Shown here: positions 22,657-32,185 of the stretch, one piece after another
Layout of the letters: every line of letters starts with the position of its first letter
Position numbering within the stretch: the first letter of the stretch is position 1
Origin: Nemertoderma westbladi
Lineage: Eukaryota; Animalia; Xenacoelomorpha
Direction: 5' to 3'
Length of the DNA stretch: 32,185 nt
Assembly (NCBI GenBank): GCA_032718475.1
Contig: JAUCBJ010005023.1
Location: 1 to 32,185, forward strand
Notes under the pieces: generated by a model
Databases searched by the model: none
Seen by the model: the letters and a program-made list of their open reading frames with translations, nothing else
Told to the model about the DNA's origin: nothing
Translations under genes and position numbers: made by a program

Positions 22657-22923
22657 ACAGACAGAAAAGGCGATGCCAAATTTGTATAATGACATCACAA
22701 ATGAACTCACCGACTACAAAAACATATAATATAGGGAATTTTTTAGGCATCGATTATGTTTTCTATTGATTAATAGTAAAACAGTAACACGAACAGACAG
22801 CAATTTCTCAAGAAGTAAGACAGATCTTGCTAAAACGTTTTCATACCCCCCCCCCTCCCCCCCCCTTGATAATTTTAGATTTTTTTTTATTGTTTATTTG
22901 GCTCATGTAATATAGGAAGCGTC

Positions 22924-23199
22924 GGTGGGGTAGCTCAGTTGGTTGAGCGCCGGGCCTGTAATATAGTGGTTGTAGGTTCAGCCCCGCCAGGGTCCACTCA
23001 GCCTTTCATCCACTGGGGTCGACAAAATGAGTACCAGTTAAATAACTGGGAGCAAATCTTGGGATAGGAGTAGCGCCCAGCCCTACCCTCGGGTAGCAGA
23101 TAGGAGTAGCGCCCACCCTTACCTTCGGGTAGCAAATAGGAGTAGCGCCCACCCCTACCTTCGGGTAGCAGATAGGAGTAGCGCCCACCCCTACCCTCA
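22924..23199 (+). mobile_element. tRNA-headed SINE, 5' part (split by element 2; remainder at 31464-31493)
   Basis: A box TAGCTCAGTTGG (22931-22942) and degenerate B box GGTTCAGCCC (~22975). Central ACTCAGCCTTTCATCC...GGGGTCGACAAAATGAGTACC block resembles the one in RTE-partnered SINEs such as Sauria SINE. Confidence 0.75.
23063..23199 (+). repeat. 36-bp tandem repeat derived from the SINE tail
   Basis: GATAGGAGTAGCGCCCACCCCTACCCTCGGGTAGCA x3, plus a fourth unit cut by element 2 and continued at 31464-31493. Confidence 0.9.
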
Positions 23200-23820
23200 T
23201 GTGACGGGATCGAAGATCCCAACCGGGTTGATGTTTCACGCGTCACCGTTCTACTGTCAGGGATGGTGCTAGTAGCCTGGCCGAGGCCGTTATAGGAAAA
23301 CAATGAGAGTCCGGTGTTGTCTCTTTGATAATAGCACAATAATGTTATGGTAGAACCACAGATTTAATGATACCGGTATGTGTCTGATTGATCAGTACGG
23401 TAAACAACTGATACCGGTCTGCACTAACTGAGTAATTAACTAAACTGAATGACACACCGGTAACAGGAGATAATATATGATTGATATAGCAATATTGCTT
23501 CACTCCTACGTTACCTTGGCCTGCTACCTAGTGGATGCTCTCCTTTGCCCTTATTGGCTAATAACCTACTTCTCACCCTTTCACTCTCTGGGAGTGTTTC
23601 CCCTCTGTTACTAGCCTCTGCTAGCTGTGTCCCCTCCGAGGTGGTTTGACCTCTAACCTTCCTTTGTGTGTGGCTTCGGGGTTTGTGTTGCCCCCCCCCC
23701 CCCAAAATGGTGGTTGTGATACGAGATTAATATTGCTAATCTCGTATCTCCAACATATTGCCGAAAATGCCACTGTCCCATTTATTGGTGGGTAATGAGG
23801 CGGAATTGAATGCGCTTACA
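23200..23820 (-). repeat. 3' LTR of element 2 (621 bp)
   Basis: Near-identical to 30850-31463; preceded on the sense strand by the PPT GGGGGGGGTAG. Confidence 0.95.
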
Positions 23821-23860
23821 CTACCCCCCCCATGCTATCTTCCCGGTGAGAAGATAGCAT
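23821..23860 (-). other. Polypurine tract and adjacent hairpin of element 2
   Basis: Sense strand reads ATGCTATCTTC-TCACCGG-GAAGATAGCAT-GGGGGGGGTAG|TGTAAG. Confidence 0.8.
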
Positions 23861-24240
23861 CAACTACAAGTGCGCTTCAATTCCGCTGGAACCCGATCTA
23901 CTATCGGGTGTGGGGAGGAGTTCTTTTCTCGGAGCCGGCTTTCCAGGCCGCTCCCTCTGGGTATGATATTGCTACCCCTTCTTGGTGCAACCGCAACCTA
24001 TGTTGCACCAAGACATCTGACGTCTCTGTTCGAGACAATTGTGGACTCTTCACACAATTTTAAAAACTTCCTCTCTCTGAACTCACTCTAACTTCACTCT
24101 GAACTCACTCTAACTCCACTCTGAACTCACTCTAACTCCACTCTGCTCACTCCCCACATTTGAATTACACCCGTCTACATTCTCACGCGCCAACACCTCC
24201 TCTCCATACTTCCCTCGTACTGCTCTCATACTCCTCTCGG

Positions 24241-24422
24241 GACTTACCCCAGTCCATCGGCTTGTGGAAAACAAGCCTCATGAGCTGGCCCCATCGCCAC
24301 TGCTTCGCAATGTCCCGTGCCCGCTCCGTGCTCCCCCCAGAACTTGCCCCAGTCCATCGGCTTGTGGCAGACAAGGCCCATGAGCTGGCCCATCCCCACT
24401 GCTTCACAATGTCCTGTGTCTC
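24241..24422. repeat. Two diverged ~100-bp direct repeats in the element 2 3' region
   Basis: CCCCAGTCCATCGGCTTGTGG...CATGAGCTGGCCC...CCACTGCTTC.CAATGTCC at ~24247 and ~24347. Confidence 0.85.
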
Positions 24423-24748
24423 TACCACTCCCTAAAGTGCCAATTTTTCTTATGCTACCCCTCTCTGTGCTATCATTCTATCTACCTTGCTACTTACTTC
24501 TTACTTACTACTTACTATTAACTGCTACTACCTACATAACTGCTACTACTCAATACCTACACTACCACTACCTCTCTCACTCTCTCTCCTACGTGGCGCT
24601 TTCGGTGCCCACTAACCCCTCTACTCTTTCTATGTGGCGCTTTCGGTGCCCACAACCCCTCTGCTACTACTTCTCATGGTATATCTACATACCACACTCC
24701 CTCTCTTTCTACGTGGCGCTTTCGGTGCCCACAACCTCTAACTCTCTC

Positions 24749-25147
24749 GGTACTATGTACCCTGCTACTCCGGTACTATGTACCCTGCTACTACTCGTGG
24801 TATGTCAATATACCACACTCCCTATCTTCTGCCTACTTCTAACTCTAACGGTACTATGTACCCTCCTACTCCCGTGGTATGTTTATATACCACACTCCCT
24901 AATTTCTGCCTACTTCTAACTCTAACGGTACTATGTACCCTCCTACTCCCGTGGTATGTTTATATACCACACTCCCTAATTTCTGCCTACTTCTAACTCT
25001 AACGGTACTATGTACCCTCCTACTCCCGTGGTATGTTTATATACCACACTCCCTATACCTGCCTACTTCTAACTCTAACGGTACTATGTACCCTCCTACT
25101 CCCGTGGTATGTTTATATACCACATCCCTTTTCTGCCTACTTCTAAC
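24749..25147. repeat. 77-bp tandem array (4 near-identical plus partial units)
   Basis: GGTACTATGTACCC recurs at 24850, 24927, 25004 and 25080, with partial units at 24749 and 24772. Confidence 0.9.
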
Positions 25148-25433
25148 TTCTCTACTCTTACTTCTTACTAACTTCTACTAACTTTCTTACTTCTTACTAA
25201 CTTCTACTAACTTTCTAACTACTACTTACTATCTAACTATCTACTACTATTACTTTCTAACTTTCTACTTATTTTATTATTTTCTTATTATTTTATTTTA
25301 TTTATATTTCTGTGTGGGAAGGGCGTCTCGCCCTCATTCCCACCCCCCTCAGTCCAACATATTGGACGACTAAACTCTCAAGGTGCCCTCTTCTTCCAGG
25401 AGGCACTCTCCCACTGCCCCCCTGTAGGTCCTC

Positions 25434-26620
25434 TTATTCTTCGTCCACACTCTCCTCTGCCAATTCCAACTCTCTAGGAATTGATTCTCCCTCCTCCACC
25501 ACCCTAAAATCGGGTCTTTCGGCCGCCTTCTTGATTTCCTCATGGTCCCCTGGCAGCAAAATGCCACACTTCATCTTGTCGTCACCTGGCGGTAGAATGA
25601 AAAGAAATCGAAAGAATAGATAGAACAGAATGGATAATACTAATCCTATCCCTTTCCACCCTGTCTTCTTATTTGACCTCCCCCTTTTCGGTATGCCTCT
25701 CAACCGGACCGGCGTCTCCTCCGGACACTGCTCCGGACATCTCGCCGTCCACTCTTCTCCATCCTCATACCGATACTTTCCGGGAACATCCTTGTTCCAT
25801 CCCATCGTCTCTAAGTCTTCCGCGTCGAATCCATTCTCCTCCGCCCACTCTCTTGCTGTTACTTCCCCTCCTAACTTATCTACCGACGGTATTTCTCTGG
25901 AACTATCCTCTATCCTTTCACCACGCTCCACTATGCGTGGTTCCAGATCCATACCCAACTCCTGGTATCCTTCCCCGGGCCGCTTCTCACATGGGACCTC
26001 CCCATCGCCCGTCTCTGGTTTCTTCTCTGCGTCCTTAACGGTGCCTGATAGCATGCACCCTGATGTCTCCGACACCCTGGATGGAATCTTGGTTTTAATT
26101 GGGCCGCTAAGCGTCCATCCGCACGGCGTGAGAATCGCCGTCGGATCCCCTGCTTATTCTCTCCGAATATGGTCCTTACTCTCTCGTGGGCCGTCGGACA
26201 ATCCATTCCGACTATGATGGATACCTTCGAGACGTCCACTTTCGGTATTGAGAAATCGATATCATCCAGGAACCGGTATTGCTCGACCTCGATCTTAGTT
26301 GGTCTCCTGGCATTTATATTAATCGATTCTATTATCTGTATGGGGTCGATGGTCGCCCCATAATCACATCCCGGTGCTATTGCTGATATCTCGCACCGTC
26401 CCGTCCTCATCTCCAGGACCTCATCCTTACTCGAGATAGTAGTTACCGCCATCCTACTCGGCCTCGTCTGTAACCCTATCTCCTCGGCCACCCAATTCTC
26501 CACCAGCGTGAAGGCTGCTCCGCTGTCGACCAGCATCAATGTTGTGACTGATCGGCCGCCCTCTTCCTGTTATCCTCACTGGTACTACCCCGAGTAGTAC
26601 TTTCCTCTTTCTTCTTGCTC
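25434..26620 (-). pseudogene. BEL/Pao aspartic protease plus unknown C-terminal extension with hydrophobic segment
   Basis: VLLGVVPVRI, LVDSGAAFTLV, IIVGMDCP and (frameshift) AILTPCGWTLSGP, then ~210 acidic residues containing KKTGWK-GIGLVLSILFYLFFRFLFIL. Confidence 0.8.
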
Positions 26621-29600
26621 CTGTCGTGCTCGTAGCCATTGTTTGGCCTCCAGTCTCATCGTCTCCTATCGGTGTTTCTCTACACTCTCCGGATCTGTGT
26701 CCTTCTACCACGCATCGATGACATAGTCCGTTTGCATCCTGTAGGCTACACGATCTTGTTTAGGCAACGCTTGCCAATGCTTACAACTCATGGTCTTATG
26801 GGTTCCATCCCTATGCAATTGACATTCGAATCCTGGATTGTAGCGTTCCCTGTATAGTCCTTCACGTATCGCGCGTAGATTTATATCTACCGGTTTAGTG
26901 TTTTGGTTATTTGGACTCGGCCTACTGGGTGTGTTGGGATTATATTTGTTCGTGGTGTTATTTTGTTTCTGTCCCTGCCACGGTGTGGCCCTACTCCCAG
27001 CTAACTGTGGGCTTGTAGCCCCCTGTGTGGCCCTGTGGTAGCGACTGTCTCACTCTCGGGAATGGATCTGCTGGATTATGTTCGGGTTTAGGCCTGTTGT
27101 ATTCGGTCTTCGGCGCCTTCCCCAAACTATCCTCACTGTAGACTGGGTCTGTAATCAACTCTGCTTCGTAGTTGAGGAAGTTCGACATTTCCTCTAGGCC
27201 CGGTTCCGCACCTTTCTTCTCCCGGGTGGAGAAGGCGATCTTCCTCCACTTGTTCCGTAGCCAGATCGGCAGTGCCTGCGCTATCGTGGTGATGTTATTT
27301 GATGCGTTGAGTTCGTATGGCGCGTCTAGCGTCTTCAGCACGATTAACGCCTTATCAACCTTATTCGCAAAGGTCTTTATGCTAACAGGGTTATCCTGTA
27401 GGCCACCCGATGTTATTCCCCTCAGGGTCTGCCGGATGATCTTGGCTGGGTGTCCGTATTCCCTGTCTAGGGCCCGCCATGCAGTCGTGAAGCCACCCTC
27501 GATGCCCTGATACTGCCTCACGATGTCGTACGCTGGGCCTCCTGTATGTATACCTGTAAATATTTTAGGCACTCCGCCTGCGTCAGGTTCTTAGTTAATA
27601 TTTCGTTGCTGTACATGCGTCGGAATTGCAGGTATTCTTCTGGTCTGCTTCCGTCGAATTTAAATGGCTCAACTGGTGGTAGCTCTTCTGATCCAGGGGG
27701 TTCGATGTTCTTATTCCCGGTTGAGTGTATTGTCGATACTGTAATGGGGGAATGTCACCCTGTCCCCCCCCCCCACCGGTGTTATGTTTGGTACTGGGGT
27801 TGATGTTAATATATTGGGACCCACACATCTATCAGCAATAACCCCCCCCCCCCTCCCCTGGGTATATGTTATGTCCCTGCATATTATAGTCATACCGGTG
27901 TGCTGGTACCGGTATAGGCCTATCCACTTCTTGCCTACCTGCCGGTATGTACGCCGCGACTTCTGGATCTAATCCCGTTGTTCGCGCTACCCTATCGCCT
28001 ACACTATCTCTTCCAGCATGGCCTATAGTATGTGCAGTAAGGCCTACAGTATGTCCTGCAGTCTGCCTGTGCCCTTCCGGACCGAAGTTTAATCTTCTCG
28101 AATATTCCAAGAAGTCCTCCCTGCGACTACCGTACTCTCGATCGGCAGCTATATCCCGTCGGGAAATTTCTCTTCGATCCCCTCTCCTGTTCTCGTCCTT
28201 GTATCGGTACGTCCTGTACCCTTCTCCTGGTGTGTGGTGCGTCTCTCCGGGGCGACGGCAATCTCCCGGAGTTCGACCCCACTGACTCCCTAATCCATCT
28301 CTACTCCCATCTCTACTACCGACGGTTCACTGTCCGTCCTTGCTCTCTGGTTGCTCATAGCAACGCTTCTTCTATTCTCTCCACGCTTTTGTGATCTCTC
28401 TTCGACCTCCCGGTTAAACTCCACTGTTCTTCTTCCCTCTTCCGACTGACGTCTTCTCGCTCGCCCGCTCCCGGCGTCAACATTTCTCTCTCTGCCCGGG
28501 TGGATGCTCCTGGGGGTACTCGCAATCCCCCTACTATTCTCCGTCGTCGGGTGCCGCGGTTCATCTAACTCGCCCAGCGCATTATCCGCCAAAACCTGTG
28601 GGACATTCTCTGCCCCCCCCCCCCCTCTCGCCACTAATCTCTCGCGGTTGGGTGCCCGTAGCCCCCCCCCCCCCCCCCCACTCGCCACTTCACGACCTCT
28701 TACTTCGCTTCTACGCCCCTCTTGTGGGACATTCTCTGCCCCCCCCCCCTCTCGCCACTAATCTCCCATGGTGGGGCGCCCGTAGCCCCCCCCCCCACCC
28801 CCCACTTCTTACTTCACTACCTCTCACTTCGCTTCTACGCCTTTCTCTAGTCGACGCACTATCTCTACTGCGGCTGGGTCTATTCACCCCCGCCTCTCCC
28901 TCTACCACTACATGGCCTTGCAGGCTCCGTCGGCTTGACTCACCCCCGCTGCTCCCTGCCTAACTCCGTGGCCTTGCAGGCTCCCGTTGGCCGGACCACC
29001 TATGTCTCCTATATTAGTATTAACAACAGTACTATACTATATACAATACTATATACAATACTATAACAGTATTAATAGCACCGTTATCAATATTATTATT
29101 TTCTATATTATATAAATCATTTGAATTATTTTGTACATTTAAATTTAAATTAGGATTATTTTGTTTGTTTGTTTGTTTTGTTACAGTTTTGTTTGATTGA
29201 ATTAAAATTATTATTTAGATTATTTTGTATATTTGAATTTAAATTATTTGAATTATTTATATTAGAATTATTGTTTGGATTATTTGTATTTAAATTAGAA
29301 TTATTTTTTGGATTATTTGTATTTAAATTAATATTACTGGGTAAAATATTATTTCCTGCAATGAAAGTTTGATTAGGGTTGTCCACTACGGTACTATTAA
29401 TATTAATTCCCTCTAACGTATTATTATTACCCCCCCCCCCCCCACCCCCTGCCTGTACGGTTACACGAGTTCTGGGTCAGTCGTCCGGAGCCTGTAAGTG
29501 GGGTATTAACGAACATTTCCATTACTTCGGGCTCCTCGTAAATATTACCCGAGCCAGGCTCACTCTCGGATAGTCCCAACTGCGCCAATTCTAATCGGCG

Positions 29601-30775
29601 CTTTTGCTTAGCCTGATATTGCATAAGCCCCCTCAACCAGGCATGCATGTCATCCCGCATGCGCTTTCCCGCTCTCTCTCTCTATCTGTCCTCTCGCAAA
29701 CTCTGGTTCGCTAACTCTGTTTCTCTCGCCACCCGCTCTCTATGCTCGCTCTCTACTCTCGCCTCCCGCTCTCTATGCTCGTTCTCTACTCTTGCCTCTC
29801 GCTCTTTACATTCCTCTGTCTCTCTCTCTTCTTGCTCTCTACAGTTCTTCGCCACCCTATCGGCCCTCTCTCTACATTCCCTCACCAACTCTCTCCCTTT
29901 CTCTAACAACGCAGTACCCTCGTCCAACTGCCTCCCTAGTTATTTCTGGTCTAGCGCCACCATGTCCAGTTGACATGCCAGATCTATCTCTAACACCCTT
30001 CTTGCTTTTGCGGAGGATGTAGCGTACTTATCGGTCGCGACGGACTCCCGTCGCCTCTCTGTCCTACTAACTTTCCCCCGCTTTCTGGGGTTCTCGCTAA
30101 CCAACGAGACCGAATCCTCAGGGTTAACCTCGGGTTTGCCCTCGTGCAGATCCGCCCAACTCACTAACTTAATTCCTCTAGCATCCACTAAGTACGGCCC
30201 TACGTACACTACTTCAGGCTCCATAACCCTGGATCGCCACAGTTCGAATAGTTCGGTGGCGACCCCCCTCGCTCTCTCACTCGCCAGTTCTCCCTGTCCA
30301 AAATGGAACAAATACCGAAAGTGTTTGTTCGACTCACCTAGCCGTTGGTGTAACTTAGGCTGGTTTACCTTTCCTCCCTCTCTGGCCTCCTTTAATAGTT
30401 TCTTCGTGGCGTTGTAGGCCGTCATAGCCGATCGCTCGTCCCGACGTCCTCTTCGCCGACATCTCCTCCTCCTCTCCTCATTCGGCGTCGTACCAGCGGC
30501 CCCACCATCGCCGTTCCGGTGGGCCATCCGTCGCCCTCGGCCTGTGGCTGGCCGGCGACTTCGGTACACCGACCGCTGTCGTGCGTCAACTCGTCCCTCC
30601 CTCGTGGTTGACGGCCGCCCTCCGCTTGGGGTACCGGATCGTCCCTCATCGGCGAATCCGGCATCGCAGGTCGATACCGTCGCGTCGCGGCCTCACGGAT
30701 CGTTTGGTTGGTGTCGTCCGGGGTCCGCGGCAGCGTTCTCTCTCCCTCTGATTCTCGGGGCTCTCCTTGGCTCAT
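26620..30775 (-). pseudogene. gag: BEL/Pao Gag of element 2 (fragmented)
   Basis: ATG at 30775; coiled coil (29682-29927); DUF1759-like PFKFDGSRPEEY...GGPAYDIV...AWRALDREYGHP...LPIWLRNKW (26991-27680); knuckles CQLH..H..C and CHRCVVEGHRSGEC (~26680-26830). Confidence 0.88.
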
Positions 30776-30838
30776 CTTTACTTTACTTTTACTGTCTCTA
30801 GCTGTCTGGTGTCTGGCAGTCACAGTTATAGCAGTTGG

Positions 30839-30849
30839 CAGTTGTTTAC
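30839..30849 (-). other. Non-canonical primer-binding-site position of element 2
   Basis: Sense GTAAACAACTG directly after the 5' LTR, with no TGG. It is the exact reverse complement of the LTR segment at 31048-31058 (also 23400-23410). Confidence 0.65.
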
Positions 30850-31463
30850 TGTTTACGGGATTGAAGATCCCGACCGGGTTGATGTTTCATGCGTCACCGT
30901 TCTACTGTCAGGGATGGTGCTAGTAGCCTGGCCAAGGCCATTATAGGAAAACAATGAGAGTCCGGTGTTGTCTCTTTGCTAATAGCACAATAATGTTATG
31001 GTAGAACCACAGATATAATGACACCGGTATGTGTCTGATTGATGATGGTAAACAACTGATACCGGTCTGCACTAACTGAGTAATTAACTAAACTGAATCA
31101 CAAACCGGTAACAGGAGATAATATATGATTGATATAGCAATATTGCTTCGATTGCTACCTAGTCGATGCTCTCCTTTGCCCTTATTGGCTAATAACCTAC
31201 TTCTCACCCTTTCACTCTCTGGGAGTGTTTCCCCTCTGTTACTAGCCTCTGCTAGCTGTGTCCCCTCCGAGGTGGTTTAACCTCTAACCTTCCTTTGTGT
31301 GTGGCTTCGGGGCTTGTGTTGCCCCCCCCCCCCCCCCCAAAAAAAAAAAATGTTGGTTGTGATACGAGATTAATATTGCTAATCTCGTATCTCCAACATA
31401 TTGCCGAAAATGCCACTGTCCCATTTATTGGTGGGTAATGAGGCGGAATTGAATCCGCTTACA
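30850..31463 (-). repeat. 5' LTR of element 2 (~614 bp)
   Basis: Matches 23200-23820. The inner boundary is uncertain by about 1 nt (sense ...CCCGTAAACA versus ...CCCGTCACA). Confidence 0.93.
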
Positions 31464-31493
31464 CCTCAGGTAGCAGATAGGAGCAGCGCCCAC

Positions 31494-31600
31494 TAGGGAT
31501 GCGACAGAGCTAAAATTTCATCCGGAGCCGGAGCCCGCAGGATTCTCCGGGTTACAATATGAGCTCCGGCCGGAGACTGACCCGGAGCCGGAGGTTTGGT
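31494..31600. mobile_element. Possible end of a hAT-like non-autonomous DNA transposon truncating the SINE
   Basis: Abrupt start TAGGGATGC followed by repeated CCGGAG/GGAGCC subterminal-like motifs. The other end was not found. Confidence 0.35.
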
Positions 31601-32185
31601 GATTGATAATTCAAGTGTATTATTATAGTAGACATAGACAGATATGCGTTCATGAAACAGGGGGGGGGGGATTTGATGCAAATTCTTACTCAATTATCAA
31701 TTAAGGGAAATGAGCAGTTTGCAGTCGCATGCTATTCTATTCTAATCAAAACAATAAACTATATTCATTAGAACAGGTTACAATTTTATTTTTGGGAGTA
31801 ATCAGCAGTTATTTTCGTCGATTTTCTCCTGGAGAGGGATGCATTTTTATTGCGTCCATAGACTCCCTTATCTCATCTGGTGTTCAATCGGCTAAAATAT
31901 ACTGTATTGTTTTAGACTTTTCAGTTCACACTCATTACACAAACTCTGTTATTTTTATTTCTTACGACTAGACTATCAGTAACTTAGGTTTGTTGTCAAC
32001 TTATCATCGACATTATTGTTATGGAACATTGTGTAATTAATTTCGAGAAATTGGTGCAGTATTCATTATATTGTCATTGATAAACGTTTAAACATGTACC
32101 ACATACGTTACGTACGTACGTACGCTGGCATAAACCGATATCTAAAATAATATTAGAAATTTGGATATATCACAACTGTCCTCGG

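Larger units (their letters stand above)
23200..31463 (-). mobile_element. Non-autonomous BEL/Pao LTR retrotransposon (element 2): Gag-PR only
   Basis: TG...CA LTRs and TSD CCTCA (23195-23199, 31464-31468). BEL-type Gag and protease are on the minus strand; no RT, RNase H or integrase motifs were found. Confidence 0.93.

Noticed and set aside
18906-22990. Functional tRNA genes at 4012, 18906 and 22924
   Set aside because: A/B boxes are present but acceptor and anticodon stems do not form a proper cloverleaf; all lie inside mobile elements.
23063-25147. 36-bp and 77-bp arrays as CRISPR arrays
   Set aside because: Units are head-to-tail without unique spacers, there are no cas genes, and the context is eukaryotic retroelements.
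24259-28985. Element 2 stems GGCTTGT/ACAAGCC (24259-24277) and GGCCTTGCAGGCT (28914, 28969) as copies of the element 1 hairpin
   Set aside because: Only partial stem similarity, with different loops and no GGA...ACC outer pair; it could be coincidence.
27760-29450. Long poly-C/G runs as functional G-quadruplex elements
   Set aside because: Runs of this kind vary between homologous copies elsewhere in the window (LTR pairs) and coincide with frameshifts. Slippage or homopolymer sequencing error is sufficient.

Overview
AT-rich eukaryotic (probably invertebrate) intergenic DNA made almost entirely of nested mobile elements; no host protein gene is evident. Two complete BEL/Pao LTR retrotransposons dominate. 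Element 1 (2455-20569, + strand, TSD GTCCA) has ~2-kb LTRs and a decayed gag-PR-RT-RH-IN polyprotein. It also carries two unrecognised accessory ORFs after the integrase, and a related solo LTR (3875-6165, TSD GATGG) sits inside its 5' LTR. Element 2 (23200-31463, - strand, TSD CCTCA) has ~620-bp LTRs and encodes only Gag-protease plus a novel tail with a hydrophobic segment. It lacks RT/RH/IN and is inserted in a tRNA-headed RTE-type SINE. The flanks hold a TTAA-flanked piggyBac-like non-autonomous element and palindromic MITE-like elements. The most unusual signals are five. (i) Neither BEL element has a TGG tRNA primer-binding site; the 10-11 nt right after each 5' LTR are perfectly complementary to a segment of its own LTR, which suggests Tf1-like self-priming. 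(ii) A 21-nt hairpin (GGAAGGCTYGYRAGCCTACC) is dispersed 10 times through element 1, in all three codon phases, with a compensatory variant. (iii) A tRNA-like Pol III unit is built into the element 1 LTR family. (iv) Both elements have a 10-11-bp/7-nt-loop hairpin abutting the PPT. (v) Element 1 carries unknown accessory genes. All calls were made by eye; no searches were run.
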